Below are positions 1-13,190 of a stretch of 64,000 nt of DNA, piece after piece. The notes under the pieces were generated by a model. That model ran no database searches and had not been told where the DNA came from. It was given only the letters and a program-made list of their open reading frames with translations. The first letter of the stretch is position 1. The number at the start of each line of letters is the position of its first letter. Source of the DNA: Epiperipatus broadwayi. Lineage: Eukaryota > Animalia > Onychophora. The translations under genes were made by a program, and so were the position numbers. Where the stretch lies: assembly GCA_028023455.1 (NCBI GenBank), contig JAQFVV010000005.1:18166001-18230000 (forward strand), given 5' to 3'.

Positions 1-559
1 AAAACTGTAATTGATTATATGCTGCTGTTTCAGCACTTAAATAAATTAATCAAATAGTTTATTGCTGAGGAAATCATATGACAATGAAATAACAAAGTGA
101 TGAGTGAAGCTTTGATTAGAGAGATTTTTGGCTACTGCTGTGCTACACAACACAGAGCAAATATATTGTGAAGTTTATCAAAGAATTATTTAATATTTTA
201 GCATCCAAAAATGTTTTTCTTTTCAAGTCATCACTCTTCTATTGCTCTATGGTATGAAGGCATTATTCTAATTATTATTGTTATTAGCCAAGTTGAGATC
301 AACTTCATGGGTATCTTATAATGATTTCCTCCAGGATCATTATATATTTTGAAGCTTCTCAATATCACATTCATTATTGTGATCAAAATCATCTAGCTCA
401 TTGCTAGTTATCTTCTTTTTCATCATAGCCTCGATCCAGGGATACCATGTTATCATTTTACTCCAAATTGTGCATTGCAGCAGTAGCAAATATTACTACC
501 ATCACTACTAGTAGGATTATTATTTTATAGCCAATTTGATGCCAATTTTCTAGCAACTA

Positions 560-1050
560 TAATGACGTCATTTCTTTAGAACAGCTTACAAGTTTTTATA
601 CTTCTCAATAACACATTCATTTTTATGATGAAGTTCATTCATCTCAGTGATGGTCAGCACTTTTTTTTCATCTTCAATCGTTTTCAGCTTTTATATATTT
701 CTCTAACACAAGTGACTTGTGCTTCAAGTAAAAATACATATGTAATCTGATCAAATATGGCACTTATTCATTTGCAATGCTGTCCATGGTATTTTCATTA
801 ACTCTGGACAACATAAGTACATCATTGCTTTCTATATCTACTTTTTCAGTTTTGTTCAACTTTCACATCCATAGTTAATGACAGAAAATGTATTTTGAAC
901 AATTCTGATCTTTGATTTCAAAGATCTTTTTCAGATAGTTTATTACAATTCTATGGGCTGGAAATCTTCAGCATATCTTTGGACTGTTGATATTTTACTG
1001 ATAATGAATGATCCAAAGATGCTAAAACTATCAATGATTCCTTTGACTTA
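560..1050 (-). mobile_element. Old RTE-like LINE 3' fragment
   Basis: Minus-strand translation near 780-830 gives LMKIPWTALQMN, resembling the RTE C-terminal 'LRIPWTA..TN' motif; otherwise heavily decayed. Confidence 0.35.
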
Positions 1051-2419
1051 AAACAGTTTTGCCCTAAGTAGTTTAAAGCAGGAATAAAGTAGCAGAATTT
1101 AGAGCTAAAAGCTCACGGATCACAACCCAGTGCTGTCACTTTTTGTGCTCAAATATTATACTATCAGTTTGAATATTTGTTTATAAAAAGAAATTCCTTT
1201 GCTTTGTGAACTAAATTATTAATAGATTTAAAACTAATTCGAAATATATTTCTCAGCTGTAAAACTATGAATTTATTAATAAAATAAAAAATGTAAAATA
1301 AAAAAAACAAATTACATTTTTTTTATCAATTGTCTTTCCTGGTGTATCTATCCTGTATTCATTTACCATGCCAAAATGTGGAGTTTAAATCTGGCTGAAT
1401 CTTACTAAATGTTTGAATGATAGTCAGTATAACTTTATCCATTATTGTTTAGGAAATAATATTTATTTATCTAAGCTTGATAGTTACAATCCAAAGATAA
1501 TCTGGATTACAATTGAGTTAAAATGTAAAGAAAAAAAATATGAATGTAATAATACTCAGTTTTAATTTTATATTGATACACTTAAAGATGAGCCTCAGCT
1601 AAGGCTATGATCTGGAGTTTAAATCCAGGTGGAGAAAAAAGACTTCCACATACAAATGGTTGAAAATTTTTTAATCAAATTTAAATTTTTTTTTTTTTGG
1701 AATAGACAAATTAATATTTTATTACTAAGTATCTACTTAGATAGAGAGAAAAAAATTCATGATAATTCACATAAGTTAAAACAGTATCTACATAGAGAAT
1801 ATAAAATAAAATATGTCAGCAATATGCAACAACCTTCACTTCCCATTGCGGGAGTAACAGATACCTTCATACATTGCAATCATTCTTTGATCTCTTTTAT
1901 TTCCAGTATTTTGCAACACCTGTAGATAAATTCTAAAAGAATCTTTACTCTGCAGCAACCTATTTAACTACAGAATTAAAAAAATGGGTTTCTTGGATAG
2001 TGAAAGTTTACCAACTTACATTTTTTCCAGCATCTGTATATTTAATCTCTACCTATTCTAAGGGCTGTCAGAGCCATCTATTTAGGGGAGTAAAATAAAT
2101 GTTCCCCTGTGCTTTTAAATAAAAATTCAACTTATAGGTTCACAATCAGTTTCCACTGCTATATTATATGTATTATGGTTAAGATTTGCTGCATTTCCAT
2201 GTTTTTAATTTTTTTGGAATGTACAGCTACATATAATGACATTTGTGTTAAAGATTTATCTTATTTCACAAAATCTTCAACTTTGACATTCAAAAATACA
2301 AATCATTTTGATATTTCTCATTAATGAATGTCATTTTCTTCCCAGAATGAATCAAAATATTACATTTTTGAAGTAAATATTTAAAGACTAATATATATTT
2401 TAATAAAAATATCACTTTC

Positions 2420-5300
2420 AATCATCATTCATCACTGCAGGATGAAGGTTTCTCTAAGTTCAATCCACTTTCTTCAATTAATAGTTTCTCCTTTTTATAT
2501 CACACCTTCATATATATATATTGTGTATAATACTTCTTTCATATACACTTCAATGCAAATAAATTTTCTTAAAAAACTTCTTTATTTTCCTTGCAGTTTT
2601 GACTGTCCAGCAGTCTCCATCAGAGCTTTATCAGACCTTCTCTGCTTTCCCCTAAATACATATATAGATATACAGATCCACATCAACCATAGACATATAT
2701 ATATAAATAAATTCCATATCTACATCTATATATACATATGCATATCCAAATATATACACATATATCCTTTAAACATATATATATATATATACAGATACAC
2801 ATACACCCATAAACATATATACATACAAATCGACATATACATTTATAAATACACATCCATGTATATACACAACTTACATATATATAAAAAATATACAAAA
2901 ATATATACAATACAACATTTTCTAAAATTATTACCTTTTAAATATATGAAGATATGCAAAGAAAGTGAAAGAGAAGAATAAGAGAATCTATCACACCTTC
3001 AAATTTTCTTCTTTCATATCATTGATTTCTCTCTCTAAATTTTCTACAACTTCCTATTCAGTTTAAGGCTTCACTTATTAATCTATTACCGTCTTTTCTA
3101 GCAATATGTTCAGTCCAGCTCTAGTTCAGTCTCCTAATTCTTTCAATGATGTTAATGAAACCTCTTTTCTAATCCAAGTATTTCATTTTCAATCCCTTCT
3201 TATTACTCTCAATATATGTCTCTCTACATTTCATTGAGTGATCTGAAATTTGTGTATTGCTCTGCTAATAGGCATCCAAGTCTGATCTATAAGAAAAAAA
3301 TTGTTAAACACAATCTATTAAAACCTTTCTTTTCAAATACACAGGAAAGTTTCTTCCACCAAAAACATTCCATTGAAGTTTAATTCTATAATTAAGCATT
3401 CAATGTTTCCATTTGTATTAATAATCTCACCATGGTATCTGTAGTTATTTACTGTCTAATTCATGATTATCAACTTTTATTTTCTTATTTTAATCATATT
3501 ATTTTAATCCTATTTTCTTACTTATGTTTGTAATATTTACTAAGGCTGTAACCTCAGGAATGTGCACATAAAATGCAATAGAAGGGACCTCTACAGGTGT
3601 TAACTACAAGCTTACATTTTGAAACAAAAGAGGGGAATCCTTCTTTACTTCAACCTACTTCCTATATAAATAGGTAAAGGTGAAGTGGTTAGATCTGACA
3701 GTATGAAGCTATTCAATACTTCACTGATTAAGTCCACATTTCTTATTACACATTAATACTCATAAAATCTTTCAATTTACAATGAGTCAATGAAAAGATC
3801 TTATAGTTAAAAATCTATTACGATAATTTAAAGTTGTATTTATAAATCTATTTAAACGCACATTGATTACGTAAGTGATATTTACTAAGGCTGTAACCCC
3901 AGGAATGTGCATGTAAAATGCGATAGAAGGGACCTCTACATGTCTTAACCACAAGCTTATGTTTTGGAAGAAAAGAGGGGAACCCTTCTTTACTTCAACC
4001 TACTTTCTGATAACTCTTACAACATTTCTTGAAGCTCTGAAGCATTTATTTCCAAAAATACCCAAATTATCTGCAAAATCTAAATGATCTATATAATCTC
4101 TATTTATTATTATTCCACAAAATATTTATTATAAAACTGCTGTAAAAATTGTTTTCAATATATGGAACCACCCTATCTTACATCTTTGTCAATGCTGATG
4201 TTCTTAGTGTCCACATGCAATCTAATTTCTATTGTTAGATTGGGATAAATATTCTTCAGAATAGGACAATATCCTGGGTCCATATTTTGATGGATCAAAT
4301 TTTAATTGTTATAAAAATGCATATAGAATCAATGCTTTTCATAATCTATGTATCTAAACCATAATGTATATTCATTGGTTGTTTCTACTTTTCTCAATAC
4401 TTGGATGTGATCTATTGTGCTACAACCACTTTTAAATCCACTTGTTCTTTGGACTGTTTTGAATCCAAAGATTGTTTGTTTAATAAATAGTAATTATTTT
4501 GGTAGTGATTTAGTATAGAATTGATAGAAGACTTTTAGGTTTATAATTTCTAATATCTTTTTTATCACTTTTCTAAAATATCAGTATTGCTACTGCATTT
4601 TTCCAATCATCTGGTACATCTTTATCATTTAGCCATTTGGTATATAGTTTTGGTAATAATGTTTCTACTTTTTCAGCTGCTTCTTTTAAGATTTTAATAA
4701 TAATTCCATCATTTTTCTGGAGATTCCCTCTTTTTCACAGATTTAGTTACATGTTTCATTCTCTTCATATAAAATGTTTGGCAATATAGAAGATGCAGTA
4801 ATTATAGTATTTTTTTTTGTTCTTTACTTTGTTGAAGTTTTCCATACATTTCATAATATTGTCCCTTTTTTTAGTAATATTCCAACGTTTTCTTCTTATT
4901 ACTAAAATAATCTTTCTTTTAATATCAAGTTATTGTTTTATATTTTTGAAATCTTTATTCTTCCTTGCCAAATTATAGTTATATTTTTTACATCAGTATT
5001 AATGTTTTTCATATTTTACAGAACTCTAAATATTAATTACTTTTATTGGAACACTTTAAAATATTTTCATATTCCATTTTTTCTTCATTCATTATATTGA
5101 CTCAAATGAAAATTTATTAATAAATTGTTGTTTCTTTGTACATCTAAGTTGTTGCACTTCTTGATAGAGTAATAATTACTTTTTTAAAGATCTCAAGTTT
5201 AAAATATCTTTAAAGTCTGTCAATACTTTAAAACAAATAGCAAGTTCTAATTTAAATTTATTGCAATGTTTTTGGCCATTTTGAATATCAGTTATTAGAA
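2420..5300 (-). mobile_element. Old fragmented RTE LINE copy, interrupted by a (TA)/(CA) low-complexity tract and by family F1 repeats
   Basis: 2430-2490 and 3050-3470 match the 3' end of the RTE at 47.8-48.4 kb (cactgcaggatgaagg...). 4170-5300 matches its RT-upstream region, e.g. catctggtacatctttatcatttagccatttggtata versus about 49120. Confidence 0.75.
3537..4010 (+). repeat. Family F1 short repeat, tandem pair with about 345-bp period
   Basis: atttactaaggctgtaacc...agggacctctaca...cttctttacttcaacctactt occurs at about 3537 and 3882, and the same family recurs at 23493, 35306 and 57640. Confidence 0.85.
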
Positions 5301-5710
5301 GTGTTTTTAATAGTTTTGATAAAAACAATTATATATTTTGGGGTCATGCATTCAGTTGGGCATGTTGCCCTGTATGCTAAACACGCTTCACATTACATTG
5401 ATATAAACACCCATATATCTCTCCACAAGCATCGTTCTAACTACAAAACAAATAGCCTGAAATTAAAATCCCTTAAACTAAACATAAACGAATTTAGACA
5501 TAGTTATTAATTTTTATCCATGCAGCTATCTACACCCAACTTAAATTAAAACACATTTTAATTAAAACATAACACACACACACACAAAATGAAATGGAAA
5601 TGATTGCTTAAACATCTGCATAAAAAATATTAACAATTGAATTTGCCTTCTTTAAAAAGAAAAAAACTTAAAAACTGAAAAGTAAAAGTTGTTTAATATA
5701 TATATATATA

Positions 5711-6478
5711 TTGTCGCGCAGATGGAAAACTTAAACTATTTTAAGAAAAAGTATTTAAAAGTATTTTTTGTTGTAAAAAAAAAAGTAAAGATATAAAGAT
5801 TGATATTTTAAAAATAAAAATAATGTTGATTTCTATAATCTTAGAAAATGGAAATGATTGTTTTATTAATTAAATGATTGTTCAAAAGCAAACTAGCCCT
5901 TGAGGCATTTAAAATAAATTAAATGGTCAGATAAGAGAATACAAAGATATTAAATGACCAATTCAAGCACAAAAATGATAGCACGGACCATAACTGAAAC
6001 ACGAGAGGATTAGTGATGTCTTGCTCATTGAATCCCAAGATCTGATGATAAGAGGCTAAGAAAAATATAAAAGCAAAATGATTATTATAATTGTTATCTG
6101 AGAGCTGACTATGAATATATCGTTATAACTAGCTATATTGCAGATTTTCATGATGTAGAAGTCTGCAATAAATTTAATTTTCCGGACAACCAGCGGGTGG
6201 CCTATTGATGATATGTTCCTGACCAAATGCATGGCAAGTAGCGGTTTCATTTCAAAGAAGGACAAAATCTACGAAAGTGATCACGAAGATGGACTCCTAA
6301 ATCTACTCAATCCATAAAGTATGAACTCTTGTGTCTATCTAATAAGAACTTTCCTAAAATTGCAATTAATTAATAGCTGAAAATAAGAACTCTTATCTGA
6401 CTTAATAAATCAATTTTATTTACGATCTTTTTATTTTCATTTTAAAATAATGTGACGGGATATTATATTCCGTTACAA
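5711..6478 (+). mobile_element. Solo LTR-like element (TGT...ACA) in a (TA)n site, diverged relative of the unit at 27766
   Basis: Starts tgtcgcgcagatg and ends ccgttaca, with (TA)n on both sides. Shares blocks with 27880-28550 (ggaaatgattg, cggaccataac, aagaact...ctgactta) and has a TATAAAAG motif. Confidence 0.55.
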
Positions 6479-6495
6479 TATATATATATTGATTT

Positions 6496-6780
6496 AATGA
6501 AGTTTAAATAAACCTCTTTAAACATGAAATAAACATGTCACTGTAATGCAGACTAATAAATAATCAATTATAACATTACAAACTGCAATACTTTTAAATT
6601 GCCCATGTATTATTTAGAAATAATAAGTGAAATAGTGTCTAAAGCTAATCTTATTATTTCTAAATAATACATGGGCAATTGAAAAGTATTGCAGTTTGTA
6701 TGTTATAATTGACTATTTATTAGTCTGCATTACAGTGACATGTTTATTTCATGTTTGAAGATGTTTATTTAAACTTCATT
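6496..6780. repeat. Fold-back palindrome (family F5), arms 6496-6627 and 6650-6780
   Basis: Arms of about 130 bp are near-perfect reverse complements around a 22-nt spacer. Confidence 0.9.
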
Positions 6781-6989
6781 GTATCAATATTTCATACTCT
6801 GTAGTCAAGTTGCAATCTTTAAGTGTCCATATATATTCAATGGACCATTAGTAAGAATGGATTTCCATTCTTGCTATTAAAAGGTGTGAAGGTTGCCTTG
6901 ACAGCAGTGAGAAATATTGATTACTGTATTTTACTGTGAATGTTTAGGTGGTTACTGGTTGGAATCTAATTACACTTGGGTCTCTTTTT

Positions 6990-8030
6990 ATGCGGACTTA
7001 TTTAACACGATTTTGAAGTTACGCGATTCGTGTTTCACCGGAAGTCGAACTCCGATATTGCGCTATTACTTTAAATAATAAATTTTGCACACTTACGTTA
7101 TATTGAAAGTAATAGCACATTATTGGAATTCGACTTTCAACTTAGTAATTTCAATATTTTCAGTGCTTTATAATAGTAAGATTTTATGCAATAATGAAAT
7201 TAAAATCATGATTTCCACATTTTATGTATACACACATTAAATTTTACAAGATTATAATGTAAATTTGTTCAAACATTGTGCGTATTAATTTTGCATTTTA
7301 AATCACATTCTGTTTTTGCTTTTTAAAAAAGAACGTAGTCAATTATTAATCATTTAGTGTCCACAAGTTTATTTTTAAAAGGTCAGTAATAGCAATGGGC
7401 ACAATTAAATTTGACAATTAAAAATTAAAATCTGATTTTTAATTGTAATTAACAATTTAAAAATTACTTACGGCGACTTGAAATAATGTGATGTGAAATT
7501 TGATTTTTAAACGGAATTGAAAATTAAAGACAAAAATAAGAATTTAATTTTTAGTTGTTAGTTTCATAAACAATTAATAAAATCATTGTCTCAAAGATTA
7601 ATTACTAATTACGTTGTCACCAGAAAACCATTGACACAACATGAGTGTGAAGCTGGCGCTAGTTGTTTGCAAACGAACGTGTTTTTCGGCAAATAGCTAT
7701 AATAATTAAAACATGTATAAAAAAATGTAAATTACTGTACTGTAAATTATGCATAAAAATATATTATTTTGAATAAAATTAAATATTATAGTTAAAAAAA
7801 GTTTGTCTTGTACCAATTTTTTTCAAATTTGAAAATTTTTATTAGTCATATTTTATTTCCATATTTTTTTTTTTGCGCGAATTTTAAAGTAATTTTACAT
7901 TGGTGCTTTGCTTTTATGTGAATTTTGAAAAATCACAGACCGCATCCCCCCTTTTTCAATGTAAGTTACGTCTATTTTTGCACGATTTCGTTTGCGCATG
8001 TTTTCTGAGGAGCCTATCTATTGCGTAAAA
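6990..8030. promoter_or_regulatory. CpG-enriched patch with ETS-like CCGGAAGT, candidate promoter region
   Basis: Local excess of CpG in an otherwise CpG-poor window; ccggaagt at about 7038-7045; lies upstream of candidate exons at 8.8-10.4 kb. Confidence 0.35.
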
Positions 8031-8813
8031 TGAGACCCAGGTGTATATATATATGCATTAATATTGTAACATGACCCTATCAGAATACTATGACTAGACC
8101 ACATTTGATCACAAATATAACTGATCAAAAGATAATGACTTATTGGCCCAACCATAACTATGATAGGCATACTGAAGGACATTATCATTTTTAAACCTAT
8201 TATTGATAATATTAACTCCACAACAGTAATATTTCTTACATATCATGTGGATATAACCCATGATACCTAAAGTGACTAAAATATTTATTAGTTACCCTAG
8301 GTTCAAACTTATACCCTTTTGCAGAAGTCGTAATATTGCATACACAGTTAACTTAATGAAATGCATAAATGAAAAGTGAATATATATATATATAACAATT
8401 TTATTCCAGTATCCACATGAAAATTATCAGTACATTCTCAAACAATAATTGTTACTTCCCTTGACAAGGCATCTACAGTACACTTGGAAGCAAATGTGTT
8501 CACATTTTTGGAAAAGTTTATTATGATAATAAGAAAGGAAAAGGTATTAGATTTAACTAGATATTTCTTTTTTGTTATTAAATAAGATCTAGAGCAACTT
8601 GCATTCCTAACCAAATTGACATTGACAGCATAATGTGAAATAAAAAGGTAAGATTTCAATATTATCTCACATTAAGCACATACACTATAACAGAATTGAT
8701 GTTAGTTTGTTTATCGTTAACTAACCCTTTGTTATGTGTTTCTTTTGTATAATTGATTAATAATCTTATGTGGATGTTTCTAGTCTATTAATGTTAGAGA
8801 CATCTATAAATAG

Positions 8814-10350
8814 AGGGGGCTCCCAAAAAAATTTACCATTATCAATATGAACTGGACAACAAGGATATTTATGACGTGACTGTAAATAGAATTGATTAGT
8901 CAGTTAGATTTACGGTTCTGTAAATATTATTTTATATATATGTCTTTATAAATAACTGATGCCAAGTGCATGAATTTCTACCACGGGCTGAGGAATAAGA
9001 ATTTTTATTATCATTATTAGATAACAATGTGGTAGAAACTCATCCTTGACATAGCAGTTTATATAATTCAGTATTATTAAACATTTTTTTTGTTATCAAT
9101 AAATGTTAAGAGAATTTGTTACTTTAATCTGGTCTCTAGCTCATCATTATTCTTATACCCACCACCAACATCATTATTATCATCATCATTATTTCATTTA
9201 TAATCATTATTCTTATTAAAAGCATAAATAGATATATTCATGCCAATCGATGTGATAATCTTCAATATAATATATATATATACACACACACCTTATTTTA
9301 TGTGCAATGATATTAGAAGACATTTATGGAGTTTAGATAATCAATTATCATCTATATAGAAATATAACAGTTGCTAATTAGCATGATTTTGTTCCCTGTT
9401 AAGAAAGTCTATAGCAATTATTCCCTGAGTTTGAATACTGTGGTATAATGGAGCCAGGAAGGGGTAAGAACTGGATGAACTAACCCAAATTGTGTCTAAG
9501 TTAATAAAAATATACAGAGCTAGTCTATTGAAAGTAGATTATAATCATAGCTTATGTATTTCACAGTGTAATCGTTTGCATCTTGTCCAAAGACCCAAAG
9601 TCCGATCATGGTAAGATGCGCTCCCCCTCTCTCTTAAGTAAATCCCCAGCCCATTACAATATATGTATATAATATAAATATACACCTTACTCTTAAGCAA
9701 ATATATATAATATTTACAGTAGGTGGATTAGTATAAAGAAAAAAATGATATGGGTTAATAATTAATAACTGAGAAGAGAAAACAAAATATTTATAAATGT
9801 TTATATAATATAATGATATTATAAATAATTATTCTCACTTTTAATCTTTGTTTGTCTTTTGCCAGCAAAAAGGTAATTATATCAAACTGATACTTAGATC
9901 ATCCGACTATAATCCTCAGATGATCTTTTTTATTTTCCATTTGTCAAACGAAGTTTTTAAGTGAATTCTTAATCCACTGATTACTCCTATGCAATTTGTG
10001 ATGGGATTATAACTAAGCAATTTTATCCATATGGTTCTGAAATGGTTATGAATTTTGCAAGTTAACAAAATGGCTCATAGTATTTTTTTCCATGATCTTT
10101 CCCATGAATATCTTGTAATTTGGCTGCTCATGATTAGGCCTCAGTAGATTTTCTTTTCTTCTCACTTAGGTATGGCATGCTTGTATTTACATATAATAGA
10201 GCTGGGATGGAGCAAATAAGTTTTCTTCTTCATTCTAGGTCTTTTTTTATGTACAGGCTGGACATTATTTCTCTCTCCATGGAGTACCATTTGGCCAGGG
10301 ATGCACCACAAAAGCTTCTAGCAAACCATTTTGATATAATTTTTAAATAA
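8814..10350 (+). CDS. Candidate 3' exons of an unidentified host gene (8814-8881, 9415-9463, 9551-9610, 9866-9872, 10257-10350)
   Basis: AG/GT-bounded segments join in compatible phase to give GAPKKIYHYQYELDNKDIYDVT-QLFPEFEYCGIMEPGR-AYVFHSVIVCILSKDPKSDH-AK-RLDIISLSMEYHLARDAPQKLLANHFDIIFK*. Strong GTAAGA donors at 9464 and 9611; several acceptors are weak; no homolog recognised. Confidence 0.3.
8955..9058. repeat. Small imperfect inverted repeat
   Basis: actgatgccaagtgcatgaatttctaccac versus gtggtagaaactcatccttgacatagcagt. Confidence 0.6.
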
Positions 10351-10779
10351 TATACTTATGAAGCCATCACTTATTTGAATAATAACACATTTTAAAAATA
10401 TTCCAGCATTTAGCATGTATATATATGGTTTGAATGATCTTCACAACAAAAAAAATCTGCTACACCCCACTCTCTACCAACATAAACTTATTCTGCTTCC
10501 AAAACATCTTCTTCTAAAATGTATACTGACCTAAATTTACTGTGACAGCCTTTAATAGCTTTTCAAACTTAATTGCTTCTCTCCAAAGTTATAAAGCATT
10601 TATCAATAAGCAGCTTAATCACCCCCCCCCTTTTTTTTTACAACCATTATCAAAGTTTGATTTTTAAAAAATGCAGGAAAGAAAAAAGATGATGATTATA
10701 CATAATTAGGAATAGAAAAAAGAAAAAAATAAGAAAAATATTACGAAATATTTCCATACAAGTATAGTACACATACTTA

Positions 10780-11850
10780 AATCAAGATGTAATTAGAGGG
10801 GATTTGAACCCAGACTTTCAAGATCCCTTTAGTCATCTACACATGAGAAAATAATCTCCAATATACATAACCAGTACTTAATCAGTTGGTGCACATCATC
10901 ATTTATCACACACATATATAATCAGTGCTCAATTTATATTAAGATAGCATATCTTCAAACTTTAGTGGATAGGCTTCAATCTTCTCCACTCTCCAGCTGT
11001 CCATATCAATGAAAATCTGATGGTGACATGTTCGAAGCCCTTGTTTTCCAGTTTTGTTGTCATAACCATATTGACCATTATTCACTCTGACATGGACCTT
11101 AAGACCATTTTAAATACACAAAGAAATGGGCAGAATACAAGCTGAATCTGTAATTTTTAAATACAAGTATTATATATAGTTAATTTAGATGTAATTAGGG
11201 GGATTTGAATCCAGATTTTCAATTTCCCTTCAGACATCCACTCTATCTTATACAACCAATACAAATGACTAGAAGATGATGATCTGGACCAACTGATAGG
11301 TGCTGGTTTAGCACAAAATATGTACATAGAAGAATATTTAACTTCTTTATAAGTATGTGGTCATGTGTATCACTTGTATAAGATAGAGGGGATGACTAGA
11401 GGATAAAAGTCTAGGTTCAAATTCCCTCTAAATACATCTAGATTAAGTAATATTGTAGATTCAGCATGCATTCTGCCCATCCCTATTATGTTTATTTAAA
11501 ATGGTATCAAGGTCCTACATATGAGGGTAAGAGTGATTTATGGTCAACATAGATATGATCACAAAATTGCAAACAAACACTTTGAGCATGCCATCATCAG
11601 ATTTTTAATGATATGGATGACTAAAGAGTTAAAGAGTGGAAAAGATTGAAGCCTCTACATTAAAGTTTGAAGATGTGTGTGTGTTGGTAGATGATGATCC
11701 ACACCAACTGATGAGTGCATCACAAATTATGTATATTAGAGATCATTTATCTTTTTCACATGTATGTGGTCATTTGTATCGGCTGTATAAGATAGAGTGG
11801 ATGGTGAAAAAAAGCTTGAAATGCTGATTCAAATCCCTCTAATTACTCTT
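10780..11850. mobile_element. Cluster of old family F2 (Penelope-like, hammerhead-bearing) copies in both orientations
   Basis: Minus copy at about 10780-11150 and plus copies at about 11270-11430 and 11455-11850 match the F2 copies at 47.0-47.7, 55.0-55.4 and 59.2-59.6 kb. Degenerate hammerhead cores at about 11293 (ctgataggtgctggtttagcacaaaa) and 11708. Confidence 0.75.
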
Positions 11851-12193
11851 TTTAGTAGAATCCAAATTTATTCTGAAACTGCATTTTTATAAATGAAATT
11901 TGGTTAAAAATTCTATTGCAAAGTTGATCACTTTTATGAAACTTTCACTACTTTTTTTTTCCAAAAATTAATTTTACAATTAGTTATCAAAACTCATTTT
12001 TTACTATTCATTATTATTTTTATACAGAAATGTGCAAAAAGTTCACATACATTTTAGTTGAATAAAATCCTTATTTACTGAAGATTTAGGATTAAAAATG
12101 ATGTTAATTATTAATGTTATATCTGATGCTCGTATTTAATGCTTGTAACTATTTGTGCATGACTATAATATAATGGCAAAAGTTATACAATAA

Positions 12194-12265
12194 GTGTTGG
12201 TGGCGTAGTGGTTAGCATAGCTGCTTTCCAAGCAGCTGGCCCGGGTTCGCTCCCCAATCAATGCT
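12194..12265 (+). pseudogene. trnG: tRNA-Gly(TCC) pseudogene or tRNA-derived short repeat
   Basis: gtgttggtggcgtagtggttagcatagctgctttccaagcagctggcccgggttcgctccccaatcaatgct closely follows metazoan tRNA-Gly-TCC. Anticodon stem is intact; T-stem has mismatches and the B box is altered (GTTCGCTCC). Confidence 0.8.
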
Positions 12266-13024
12266 TTGACATATATATAAAAAAAGTTATACAATAAAAC
12301 ATCTTATAAAAATGTCATACACTCATATTTTTTCATTCTTTTTAATTAGTCTTAATATTCACTAATCTTCCTCCTCTAAGCAACAATGAATCAATATTCA
12401 TAGGTCAGTTACCCACATATTTAAAAGTATTAAATAAAACGACTTTAAAAAATCATAGATTTAAAGTGACAAATTTAAATGTATATATGCCAGCATGAGA
12501 ACCATGCATAATCATCCCTCAGTTACCCATTTTTCCAAATGCAGTAATCAAAGAATTGCTTTTTGTTTTAGATTTATTATTAGGAGGGTTCAGCCATTTC
12601 AATCTATATTTGAGCTATCACAAATTATATTTATATCTTTTTCTTAGTTATATATTTTAATTTTATTAATATTTTTGTTTATATTCAAATGTGTGCATTT
12701 AAAAATGATACACAGTGTGTCTAAAAGGTGACAAGTTCTCTTCCCAAGGTGCTTGCAATGTCATCTCTGAGTCAACACATAATATAATGTAATTAAATAG
12801 TAATTATTCATTTTGTGGTGTAAGCATGTGTAGATCATAAGTTGCAACATAAAATCTGACAGTTTTATATCTTCATTATCATCAATGAGCTCCCTGCCAT
12901 TATGAAATCTTGCAACTATTTAAAAATGTTCTTGCATCTCATAGCTTCATTATTATATGCAGTTTGATACATAACAATTTTTTCAGTGACCAATTTAAAG
13001 CAAAATTTAATGTTAGTGTATCCA

Positions 13025-13190
13025 CTAAACATCACATGATCACTATTTCTTGCTTGTTCATAACTGTCTGGGGATATTGGATGAGTAGGCACCAGATAGG
13101 GGTTTTTATGTACAAGCCTTCTGGCATCCATTGATTACTCTGGCTTGCACTGAGTAATACTACTGTAGGGAGAGTTTTGCCTGTTTTAAT
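13025..13190 (+). mobile_element. Family F3 copy (Penelope-like) with a short inverted 5' piece
   Basis: gtctggggatattggatgagtaggcac...gttttgcctgttttaa matches 14682-14805 and 37423-37545; 13025-13062 is an inverted piece of the family 3' flank. Confidence 0.8.

Noticed and set aside
2442-2981. 179-aa ORF and the antisense 75-aa ORF
   Set aside because: They translate a (TA)/(CA) low-complexity tract inside an old RTE copy and have no protein-like content.
6790-6830. Possible degenerate hammerhead in F5 (minus, cttaaagattgc...atgaaatat) and a similar motif near 1580
   Set aside because: The core has several mismatches and stems cannot be formed convincingly.
8590-8647. Strong donor AAG|GTAAGA at 8648
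   Set aside because: All three frames have stops just upstream, so it cannot be added to the coding model.
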